Shown here in pieces: positions 20,657 to 29,431 of a stretch of 64,000 nucleotides of DNA (its first letter is position 1; each line of letters starts with the position of its first letter). The stretch comes from Candidatus Babeliales bacterium (GTDB lineage: Bacteria > Babelota > Babeliae > Babelales > JACPOV01): assembly GCA_050250855.1 (NCBI GenBank), contig JBFWNW010000001.1:1-64000 (forward strand), in the 5' to 3' direction. The notes under the pieces are model-generated. The model had not been told where the DNA came from. It made no database searches and saw only the letters and a list, made by a program, of their open reading frames with translations. The position numbers and the translations under genes were made by a program.

Positions 20657-23461
20657 ATGAACTGTATACATAAATTTTTTGCCATAATAATGGCAGGGTT
20701 CATAGCATGCTCCGTGCAAGCCATGGATAATCACTTTAGTAAAATATCAGACGATCAATTGCAAGAATTGATTATTACTGCCTATCAGGAACTAAAAGAG
20801 CTAGATAGCTTGCCAGATGAATTGTCTGCTTGTTATCAAAACATTATGCAGGGTATTCCTGTAGAGCGCTCAGAGCTAGAGCGCATGAGTTCTCTTTTGG
20901 CATCTGATGCTCTACGCGCTTGTTATGGCACTTCATGTGGCAAATTGAGTTGTATGCTGAATCTGTTGTGTGAAATTAATGAAGATATTACCGGAATTTT
21001 TACCGTTATTGACAATATTTCCATAACGCTGACCGGTGATATAATGATTGGTGCAATAGTTGACCTATCAGGCGTATTTACCGCTCTAGCATTTGGTTTT
21101 TATGATACGCAAACAATAATCTGTCAAAAGTTTGAACAAACATGGACAATTTTACAAAAGATTGATGATGATGTGATGGGTGTTTTTACTGCAATAAATG
21201 CACTAGAAGATTTTTCTGGTATATTTACAGCTCTTGAATTTGGATTCTATGATACGCAAACAATAATCTGTGAAAAATTTGAGCAAACATGGACTATACT
21301 AGCTCCGGTTGTTGTAGCATTATGTTCGCCACAAGAAATTCTGCAAGCAAATATTGGTGTAACAACGTATACCATTTCACAACCAGGTTTTTATGTATTT
21401 GCAGAAAATATAGTATTTAGTCCAGCATCAGGCCAGCCTGCATTAGAAATTACTACCGATAATGTAACGATTGATATGTGTGGCAAAACGTTAACGCAAG
21501 GCAATGCGATTGCAGGCGTTGATGGCATACGAATTCCTGGCAATACAACAGCGGCGCCGCGCAGCAATGTGACCATTATGAATGGTGGAATTAGTGGTTT
21601 TTCAAGATCTGGTATTGTGGTTGGCACAAATCCAATAACGCCAGCAAATACCGCAGCGCGTTTAATTAGTATCAAGAATATGAAAATTTTTAGCTGTAGC
21701 TCTATTGGCGTTGAATTTGTATCAGGCAGTAGTATTGCACAAGCAACCTTAGAAAATCTTGAACTGTTTTCTAATTTGATCGGTGCATCATTGACTAATG
21801 TTGTTGATAGTTCAATAAAATCTTGTGATATGATCTTAAATACAACGGGTATTAGATTAAATCTATCGTCTGACATTACAGTAGAAAAATGCAAAGCTCA
21901 TAAAAATACACAAGCTGGTTTCTGGCTGCAGAATGCTAGCAATAATACGCTTACTCAATGCTTTGCAACAAATAATGGCCAAGGTGGCAACACTGATGCC
22001 TATGGCTTTATAGCACAAGGTGGTTATGCCAACGTATTTGAAGAATGTATAGCGCAAGGAACCTTCAGTAATGCAACGGGTGATGATAACGTTGCAGCAG
22101 GTTTTGCCCTAACCAGTACCGAGATGTTTTCAAAAATTATTAACTGTGAAAGTTTGACTAATACAACGGTCAGTGGTTTTGCAACTCCTTATGGCATCTT
22201 GTTAACTAATACGCTTCCAGAAACAGGCCTTACTTTGGCATTTAGCGCTACGGATATTTTTGGATTATTCCATCTAGCATGGACGCCTGACGGTAAGTAT
22301 TTAGCAGCAACTCCAAATGCTGGTGCAATTTATTTAAATGAATTTGATCCTAGAGAAGGTTTGTTTCTTGTAGCGACTCAGAGTACTATTAACGGAGTAG
22401 CTTTTGGCTTTGCGTGGTCACCTGATGAAAGATTTTTTGCTTTGCTTAATGGTGGCTCTACTAATCTTGATCTGTATTCATTTGATCAAGAGACGAAATT
22501 TTTAACATTTCTAAATACCACCCTTGTTCCTCCTATGGCCTCGACTCTTGCATGGTCGCCAAATGGCCAGTACTTGTTGGTTGGTTATCCTCTTACAGGT
22601 GGTGGCGGTGGTGGTTTTGATTACACGATTTATATTTTTACGGGAGGAGCGCTAGGAGGTCCTATTGGTCTTTTTTTGGATAGAACCTTTGGCGCAGGCG
22701 TTAATTCTGTTGATTGGCTTGATAATGAAACTTATGCTGTAGGTGGACCTGTAACAGGAGGAGGCTATTCTATAGGGGTTTATAGTTTTAATCCAGCGTT
22801 TCAGTTACCTCTTGGTGATAAATTCTTGACTTTATTACTTACAACTGCATCGCCGGGAGTTGCAATCAACCGAGTTAAGTGGTCTCCAGACAAACGCTAT
22901 TTGGCGGCTATTGACGCTGGAGGTGGTCTGTTTGTTTATACGTTTGATGGAACAACACTAGGTACTACTCCTGCAACGGCAACAGTGTCTGCTGTAGCAA
23001 ATGATTTTGACTGGTCGCCCGATGGTAAATATATAGCGGTTGCTCATGATCAGGGTTTAGATGTTTACCGATTTTCAAGATCATTATTTAGCTTGTCATT
23101 GCAAGATACTCTTTCTACCGGTAGCCAATCATTAGCTGTTGCATGGTCACCAACAGGAGAGTTTTTAGCCTTACCTATTTTACAAGGTTTTCCAAGTACC
23201 CCTGTTAATACCCTTAATATATACAATGCTCTTGAATTTACTGCTACCAAAAATATTATAAAAAATAATGTTGTTTATGGTAATAATGGTAATAGTTTGC
23301 CAAGTGGTTTAGGAATATCTGGGTCAAGCTTTTCTAATCTGATTATTGGTAATACTGCTTATAATAATCAGTTTAATTATGAATGTGTGACCAACGTATT
23401 TAATAGTGGTATTAATGCAAGCCCGAGTATATTAGAGAATGTTTCCGTGCCGCCGTATTAA
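20657..23461 (+). CDS. Array paralog 9: exported short-stalk beta-helix + WD40 propeller protein with helical module
   Basis: Signal peptide ending SVQA, helical module, LRAC, conserved helix, 7 WD blades, ends LENVSVPPY. Confidence 0.85.
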   Translation: MNCIHKFFAIIMAGFIACSVQAMDNHFSKISDDQLQELIITAYQELKELDSLPDELSACYQNIMQGIPVERSELERMSSLLASDALRACYGTSCGKLSCMLNLLCEINEDITGIFTVIDNISITLTGDIMIGAIVDLSGVFTALAFGFYDTQTIICQKFEQTWTILQKIDDDVMGVFTAINALEDFSGIFTALEFGFYDTQTIICEKFEQTWTILAPVVVALCSPQEILQANIGVTTYTISQPGFYVFAENIVFSPASGQPALEITTDNVTIDMCGKTLTQGNAIAGVDGIRIPGNTTAAPRSNVTIMNGGISGFSRSGIVVGTNPITPANTAARLISIKNMKIFSCSSIGVEFVSGSSIAQATLENLELFSNLIGASLTNVVDSSIKSCDMILNTTGIRLNLSSDITVEKCKAHKNTQAGFWLQNASNNTLTQCFATNNGQGGNTDAYGFIAQGGYANVFEECIAQGTFSNATGDDNVAAGFALTSTEMFSKIINCESLTNTTVSGFATPYGILLTNTLPETGLTLAFSATDIFGLFHLAWTPDGKYLAATPNAGAIYLNEFDPREGLFLVATQSTINGVAFGFAWSPDERFFALLNGGSTNLDLYSFDQETKFLTFLNTTLVPPMASTLAWSPNGQYLLVGYPLTGGGGGGFDYTIYIFTGGALGGPIGLFLDRTFGAGVNSVDWLDNETYAVGGPVTGGGYSIGVYSFNPAFQLPLGDKFLTLLLTTASPGVAINRVKWSPDKRYLAAIDAGGGLFVYTFDGTTLGTTPATATVSAVANDFDWSPDGKYIAVAHDQGLDVYRFSRSLFSLSLQDTLSTGSQSLAVAWSPTGEFLALPILQGFPSTPVNTLNIYNALEFTATKNIIKNNVVYGNNGNSLPSGLGISGSSFSNLIIGNTAYNNQFNYECVTNVFNSGINASPSILENVSVPPY

Positions 23462-23465
23462 TGAG

Positions 23466-23708
23466 CGTTCGAATGCTTCGACCCATTCGACAAGCTCAGG
23501 GCAGGCCCCCTCGAATGGCCTTTAGTCCCGAGCAGCTGTAAAGCTGACGAGGGGTCAGCACGAACGGTTTAAGGTTCTTCGCCTTACCTGTCCTGCTGTG
23601 CCCGGCGTAAGCACTTTAGTCCGAAGAAGTTTTAACGAAGGCGGATTATGCGAAGCCTGGGAGTACTCGCGAAGGAAGCGAACAAAGTGAGTTGAAGGGT
23701 AGTGCGAA
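23466..23708. repeat. Nested composite REP-like element, copy 2 (extra insert 23664-23691)
   Basis: Near-identical to 20415-20636 except that cttg in gag-cttg-tcgaagg is replaced by tactcgcgaaggaagcgaacaaagtgag. Confidence 0.85.
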
Positions 23709-23728
23709 TGCAAAAAAAAGGATAAAAG

Positions 23729-26335
23729 ATGAACTATATACATAAAATTTTTGCCATAATAATGGCAGGGTTAATGGCGTGTTCCGTGCAAGCCATGGAT
23801 AATGAAGAATCAGAAGCGATGCGTTCGTGTTGCAATTCAAACAATAAATTTGACCAAGTGTTGGAGCTTGTGTGTGAAGTTAATGAAGATATAACAGGAA
23901 TATTTACCGCTCTTGAAAATATCGATATAAAGCTCAACGTTAATTTAACAATTAATGTAACGATTGATCTTGCAGAAGTATTTACCGCTCTAGCATTTGG
24001 TTTTTATGATACACAAACAATAATCTGTCAAAAGTTTGAACAAACATGGACAATTTTACAAAAGATTGATGATGATGTGACGGGTGTTTTTACTGCAATA
24101 AATGCACTAGAAGATATTTCTGGTATATTTACAGCTCTTGAATTTGGATTCTATGATACGCAAACAATAATCTGTGAAAAATTTGAGCAAACGTGGACAA
24201 TAATAGCCCCGGTTGCAGCAGCGTTATGTTCGCCACAAGAAATTCTGCAAGCAAATATTGGTGTAACAACGTATACCATTTCACAACCAGGTTTTTATGT
24301 ATTTGCAGAAAATATAGTATTTAGTCCAGCATCAGCTCAGCCTGCATTAGAAATTACTTCCAATAATGTAACGATTGATATGTGCGGCAAAACGTTAACG
24401 CAAGGCAATGCGGTTGCAGGCGTTGATGGTATAAGAGCTCCTGGTAATACAACAGCAGCGCCGCGCAGCAATGTGACCATTATGAACGGTGCAATTAGCG
24501 GCTTTACCAGATCTGGTATTGTGGTTGGCACAAATCCGGTAACGCCAGCAAATACCGCAGCGCGTTTTGTTACCATCAAGAATATGAAGATTTTTAACTG
24601 TAGCTCTGTAGGCGTTGAATTTGTATCAAGTAGTAGTATTGCACAAGCAACCTTAGAAAATCTTGAGCTTTTTTCTAATCAGATCGGCGCATCGTTGACC
24701 AATGTGATTGCTGGTTCAATAAAAAGCTGTGATATGACGTTAAATACAACCGGTCTTAGATTAAATCAATCATCTGATATTGTTATAAAAAAATGCAAAG
24801 CGCATAAAAATACGCAAGCTGGCTTTTGGCTGCAAAATGCTAGCAATAACACGCTTACTAAATGCTTTGCCATAAAAAATGGCCAAGGTGGGAGCACTAA
24901 TGCCTATGGCTTTATAGCACAAGGCGGTTATGCCAACGTATTTGAAGAATGTATAGCAGAGGGAACGCTCAGTAATGCAACGGGTGATGACAACGTTGCA
25001 GCAGGCTTTGCCCTAACCAGTACCGAAATGTTTTCAAAAATTATTAACTGTGAAAGTTTGACCAATACAACAGTAAGCGGTTTTGCCATTCCTTACGGCA
25101 TTTTGTTAACGAATACATTTCCAGCAACAGGCCTTACCTTAACGGTCTCTGCCAGAAGTTTTACAAATACGCTTTATACAAACAATTCATGGTCCCCTAA
25201 TGGCAAATATTTAGCATCATCTCCAGCATCTCCAACGACAAATTTGCTTATAGCAGAGTTTGATTCTGTAGCAAGAACATTGAATCCATATTTTACTGAT
25301 CCTCTTGTCCTTACTTCTACGGTAAATACGATTGCATGGTCTCCTGATGGGCGTTATGTTGCTATAGGTACTAGCGCTGGTGATGTGAGTACTTATTTAC
25401 TTGATGTAGCGGGACATCTATTAACTCTTATTGATACTCAGAACACTACGGGGGCTGTTAATTCTGTTTCATGGTCGCCCAATGGCCAGTATCTTTTGGT
25501 TGGCCATAATCTAGCGGGTGGCTTTGATTTTCGCATTTATCGTTCTAATGGTGGGGTTTTAAGTCTAGTTCTATCCTCAGCATTAGGGCTCGGAGCTAAC
25601 TCTGTTGATTGGCGCGATAATCTAACCTTTGCTGTAGGCGGGGTGATATCAGCGGGTGTTTCTATCAGAGCATATAGTTTTAACCCCATGACTAATATAG
25701 CTACTTCACTTTCATCAGCATCGCCGGGCATTGATATTCAGGAAGTTCGTTGGGCTTCAGATAAATGCTATTTAGCTGCCTCTGGTAGTGGAGTAGGTAC
25801 TAATATTTTTGTTTATCCATTTAGTGGTACTTCTTTGGGCACACCAGCAACAGCAACGTTTGGCGATACAGCCAATTTTCTTGTTTGGTCACCTGATGGT
25901 AAATATATAGCGATTGGCGGCGTAACGCCACAGGGTGTAAAAGTGTATAGATTTTCAAGAACATTATTTAGTTTATCTTTTCAGAGTTCTGTTCCAGCAT
26001 CGGGGGATGTTATTGGTCTTGATTGGTCACCAAGTGGTGAATTTCTTAGTGTTTCATATAGCACTGGGTCTTTTATTAATCTCAATTTCAGGATATACAA
26101 TGCTCTTGAATTTACCGCTGCCAAGAATATTATAAAAAATAATGTTGTTTATTGCAGTAATGGTGATAGTTTGCCAAGTGGCATAGGAATATCAGGTTCA
26201 AGCTTGTCTAATTTGATTATAGGTAATACTGCGTATGAAAATGAATTTGATTATGAATTTGTGACCAATGTATTTAATAGTGGGATTAATGGAAGCCCGA
26301 GTATATTAGAGAACGTTTCCGTGCCGCCGTATTAA
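23729..26335 (+). CDS. Array paralog 10 group member: exported short-stalk beta-helix + WD40 propeller protein lacking the helical module
   Basis: Signal peptide ending SVQA directly followed by MDNEESEAMRSCC; conserved helix, 7 WD blades, ends LENVSVPPY. Confidence 0.85.
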   Translation: MNYIHKIFAIIMAGLMACSVQAMDNEESEAMRSCCNSNNKFDQVLELVCEVNEDITGIFTALENIDIKLNVNLTINVTIDLAEVFTALAFGFYDTQTIICQKFEQTWTILQKIDDDVTGVFTAINALEDISGIFTALEFGFYDTQTIICEKFEQTWTIIAPVAAALCSPQEILQANIGVTTYTISQPGFYVFAENIVFSPASAQPALEITSNNVTIDMCGKTLTQGNAVAGVDGIRAPGNTTAAPRSNVTIMNGAISGFTRSGIVVGTNPVTPANTAARFVTIKNMKIFNCSSVGVEFVSSSSIAQATLENLELFSNQIGASLTNVIAGSIKSCDMTLNTTGLRLNQSSDIVIKKCKAHKNTQAGFWLQNASNNTLTKCFAIKNGQGGSTNAYGFIAQGGYANVFEECIAEGTLSNATGDDNVAAGFALTSTEMFSKIINCESLTNTTVSGFAIPYGILLTNTFPATGLTLTVSARSFTNTLYTNNSWSPNGKYLASSPASPTTNLLIAEFDSVARTLNPYFTDPLVLTSTVNTIAWSPDGRYVAIGTSAGDVSTYLLDVAGHLLTLIDTQNTTGAVNSVSWSPNGQYLLVGHNLAGGFDFRIYRSNGGVLSLVLSSALGLGANSVDWRDNLTFAVGGVISAGVSIRAYSFNPMTNIATSLSSASPGIDIQEVRWASDKCYLAASGSGVGTNIFVYPFSGTSLGTPATATFGDTANFLVWSPDGKYIAIGGVTPQGVKVYRFSRTLFSLSFQSSVPASGDVIGLDWSPSGEFLSVSYSTGSFINLNFRIYNALEFTAAKNIIKNNVVYCSNGDSLPSGIGISGSSLSNLIIGNTAYENEFDYEFVTNVFNSGINGSPSILENVSVPPY

Positions 26336-26341
26336 TGAGCT

Positions 26342-26481
26342 TTCGAATGCTTCGACACGCTCAGCACGAACGGTTTAAGGTCCTTCGCCTTACCTGTTCT
26401 GCTGTGCCCGGCGTAAGCACTTTAGTCCGAAGAAGTTTTAACGAAGGCGGATTGTGCGAAGTCTGGGAGCTTGTCGAAGGG
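26342..26481. repeat. Nested composite REP-like element, copy 3 (left arm uninterrupted)
   Basis: gcttcgac-acgc-tcagcacgaacgg without the 72-bp insert; right half nearly identical to copy 1. Confidence 0.85.
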
Positions 26482-26510
26482 GTGTGGTTACGCAAAAAAA
26501 AGGATAAAAG

Positions 26511-29318
26511 ATGAACTGTATACATAAATTTTTTGCCATAATAATGGCAGGATTGATGGCATGTTCTGTGCAAGCCGTTGATAATAATCGCTTTAGTAAA
26601 ATGTCAAATGATCAGCTGCAAGAATTGATTGTTACTGCCTATCAAGAAATGAAAGAACTAGAGATTTTGCCAGATACGAGCAGTGTGCTCCATGTTTGTT
26701 ATCAAAACATTATGCATGGCATGTGCGTGGAGCGATCAATGCTTGAAGAGGTTTGCTCTTTTTTAGTATCTGATGCGGTGCGCTCTTGTTTTGATAATTC
26801 ATGTAGTAAGTTGGCTTTCGTATTGAATCTTTTGTGTGAAATTAATGAAGATATTACCGGAATTTTTACCGTTATTGACAATATTTCTATAATTACCCTA
26901 ACGTTTGATGTAACGCTTGGTGCAACAGTTGATCTTTCAAGCGTACTTACCGTCCTAGCATTTGATTTTTATGATACGCAAACGGTAGTGTGCCAAAAGT
27001 TTGAAGAAACATGGACAATTTTACAAAAAATAGATGATGATCTGACTACGCTAATAAAAGATATTTCTAGTGTATTTACTGCCGTTGCATTTGGTTTTTA
27101 TGATACGCAAACAATAATCTGTGAAAAATTTGAGCAAACGTGGACAATAATAGCCTCAGTTGCAGCAGCATTATGTTCGCCACAAGAAATTCTGCAAGCA
27201 AATATTGGTGTAACAACGTATACCATTTCACAACCAGGATTTTATGTATTTGCAGAAAATATAGTATTTAGTCCAGCATCAGGCCAGCCTGCATTAGAAA
27301 TTACTTCCGATAATGTAACGATTGATATGTGCGGCAAAACATTAACGCAGGGCAATGCGGTAGCAGGCGTTGATGGCATACGAATTCCTGGCAATACAAC
27401 GCTAGCCCCACGCAGCAATGTGACCATTATGAATGGTGCTGTTAGCGGATTTACCAGATCTGGTATTGTGGTGGGCACTAATCCAATAACCCCAGCAAAT
27501 ACCGCGGCACGCTTGATTACCATTAAGGATATGAAAATTTTTAGCTGCAGCTCGGTGGGTGTTGAATTTGTATCAGGCAGCAATATTACGGGAGCCTCTT
27601 TAGAGAATCTTGAGCTTCTTTCTAATTTGATCGGCGCATCGTTGACCAATGTTGTTGATAGTTCAATAACATCATGTGATATGACGCTAAATACAACAGG
27701 TATCAGATTAAATCTATCATCTGATATTGTCATAGAAAAATGCAGAGCACATGAAAATACACAGGCAGGTTTCTGGCTGCAGAATTCTAATAATAATACG
27801 CTTACTAAATGCCTTGCAATAAATAATGGCCAAGGTGGCAGCACTAATGCGTATGGCTTTATAGCGCAGGGCGGTTTTGCCAATGTATTTGAAGAATGCA
27901 TAGCGCAAGGAACGCTGAGTAATGCAACCGGTGATGATGATATTGCCGCAGGGTTTGCATTAACAAGTACCGAAATGTGCTCAAAAATTATTAATTGTGA
28001 AAGTTTAACCAATACAACGGTGAGCGGTTTTGCAATTCCTTATGGTATTTTGTTAACCAATACGTTCCCCGGAACAGGTCTTACGTTATCTGTTACGCAA
28101 GGTATTGTTACTGTTCCTACGTGCCTAAATTGGTCGCCTGATGGGAAGTATTTAGCAGTTGGAAATTCAAATGGAGCATCAAGTACTCTTTTTGTTTTTA
28201 GGTTTGACCCTGTAGCAAAAACGTTGGCATTTTTATCTTCTCCAGCCGCCGCTCATGGAGGTATAGTAACTTCAGTTTCCTGGTCGCCTGATGGGCGATT
28301 TATTGCTCTAGGTGGTGTACCACCAGGAGGTGTTCCAGGAGGTGTTACGATTCGAACCTATTCATTTAATGCAGCAGCAGGAACGGTAACGCTTATTGAT
28401 TCTGAGTCTACTTCAATACAATCTGTTCGTTCCGTTTCATGGTCACCAAATGGGATGTATCTTCTTGCGGGTCAGGATTCGACGACGACTGGAGTGCCTG
28501 GTGGTATTAATCTTCGTGTGTATCGTTCTAATGGAGGATCGTTAACTCTTGTTCGATCATCAGCATTCTCAACAGGAGCTCAAGCAGTTTTTTCTGTTGA
28601 TTGGCTCAATGATCAGAAGTTTGCTGTAGGAGGAGTTGTAGATGCAGGAATATCTATTGGTGTATTTAGGTTCAATCCTATGACTAATGCTGTTACTTCA
28701 CTTTCATCAGCATCGCCAGGAATTCAGATCAATGGAGTTCGCTGGTCTCCCGACAAACGTTATTTAGCTGCATGTGGTACCGGAGCAGGAACGAATATTT
28801 TTATCTATCCATTTGATGGTACTACTTTGGGAACCCCAGCAACAGCAACATTTGGCGCTACAGCCAGTTCTCTTGACTGGTCACCAGATGGTAAATATAT
28901 AGGAGTTGGCGGTACTGCTGCGCGAGGTATTAGAGTATATAGGTTTTCAAGAACATTATTTAGTTTATCCTCGCCAAGTATTGTTCTATTTGGCGGTGGC
29001 GGAATCACTTTTGAAGGAGTCGAATGGTCGCCAAGTGGGGAGTTTTTTGTTAGTAGTAATCAAATTTTAATTACGGTTTACAGTGCCCTTGTATTTAGTG
29101 CCATAAGAAATCTTGTAAAAAATAATGTGGTGTATTGTAATAATGGTGATAGTTTGCCAAGTGGTCTAGGAATATCAGGTTCAAGCTTTAGTAATATGAT
29201 TATTGGCAACCAGGCTTATAATAACCAGTTTAACTATGAATTTGTGACAAACGTATATAAAGGTGGCATTAACGGCGGTTCAAGTATTTTAGAAAATATT
29301 TCCGTGGCCCCTTATTAA
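26511..29318 (+). CDS. Last array paralog: exported short-stalk beta-helix + WD40 propeller protein with helical module
   Basis: Signal peptide ending SVQA, helical module, VRSC, conserved helix, 7 WD blades, ends LENISVAPY. Confidence 0.85.
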   Translation: MNCIHKFFAIIMAGLMACSVQAVDNNRFSKMSNDQLQELIVTAYQEMKELEILPDTSSVLHVCYQNIMHGMCVERSMLEEVCSFLVSDAVRSCFDNSCSKLAFVLNLLCEINEDITGIFTVIDNISIITLTFDVTLGATVDLSSVLTVLAFDFYDTQTVVCQKFEETWTILQKIDDDLTTLIKDISSVFTAVAFGFYDTQTIICEKFEQTWTIIASVAAALCSPQEILQANIGVTTYTISQPGFYVFAENIVFSPASGQPALEITSDNVTIDMCGKTLTQGNAVAGVDGIRIPGNTTLAPRSNVTIMNGAVSGFTRSGIVVGTNPITPANTAARLITIKDMKIFSCSSVGVEFVSGSNITGASLENLELLSNLIGASLTNVVDSSITSCDMTLNTTGIRLNLSSDIVIEKCRAHENTQAGFWLQNSNNNTLTKCLAINNGQGGSTNAYGFIAQGGFANVFEECIAQGTLSNATGDDDIAAGFALTSTEMCSKIINCESLTNTTVSGFAIPYGILLTNTFPGTGLTLSVTQGIVTVPTCLNWSPDGKYLAVGNSNGASSTLFVFRFDPVAKTLAFLSSPAAAHGGIVTSVSWSPDGRFIALGGVPPGGVPGGVTIRTYSFNAAAGTVTLIDSESTSIQSVRSVSWSPNGMYLLAGQDSTTTGVPGGINLRVYRSNGGSLTLVRSSAFSTGAQAVFSVDWLNDQKFAVGGVVDAGISIGVFRFNPMTNAVTSLSSASPGIQINGVRWSPDKRYLAACGTGAGTNIFIYPFDGTTLGTPATATFGATASSLDWSPDGKYIGVGGTAARGIRVYRFSRTLFSLSSPSIVLFGGGGITFEGVEWSPSGEFFVSSNQILITVYSALVFSAIRNLVKNNVVYCNNGDSLPSGLGISGSSFSNMIIGNQAYNNQFNYEFVTNVYKGGINGGSSILENISVAPY

Positions 29319-29327
29319 TCAGTACTT

Positions 29328-29367
29328 ATTTAGGGTTTGTAAAAGTTATCATTTGCAAACCCTAAAT
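29328..29367 (+). terminator. Stem-loop closing the paralog array
   Basis: atttagggtttg...caaaccctaaat inverted repeat 10 bp after the last array stop codon. Confidence 0.6.
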
Positions 29368-29431
29368 TTCAGCATTTTTTAAATTTATGATACTCTTTGT
29401 GCAATAGAGCATTATGAGCACGAGGGGTATC

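Noticed and set aside
20415..26481. CRISPR array or integron attC cassette interpretation of the recurring intergenic palindromes
   Set aside because: No regular repeat-spacer periodicity, no cas or integron integrase gene; the units are separated by whole paralogous genes and recur elsewhere as REP-like doublets.
20504..26573. Small minus-strand ORFs 20504..20734, 23555..23743, 23646..23840, 26361..26573 (PPSLKLLRTK...)
   Set aside because: They are translations of the palindromic repeats and overlap the starts of real genes.
824..29008. Numerous antisense and alternate-frame ORFs within the array (e.g. 2066..2473, 3242..3856, 15668..16246, 27242..28012)
   Set aside because: Shadow ORFs of the repeated coding strand; they recur only because the sense genes are paralogous.
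1..29318. Diversity-generating retroelement as the source of propeller variation
   Set aside because: No reverse transcriptase in the window and no template/variable repeat pair with adenine-restricted mismatches seen; variation includes indels. A distant DGR cannot be excluded.
1..29318. Calling the array genes classical autotransporters (Pmp-like) or pectate lyases
   Set aside because: No C-terminal beta-barrel, no GGA(I/L/V)/FxxN repeat pattern, and no recognisable lyase catalytic motifs; only the fold class is supported.
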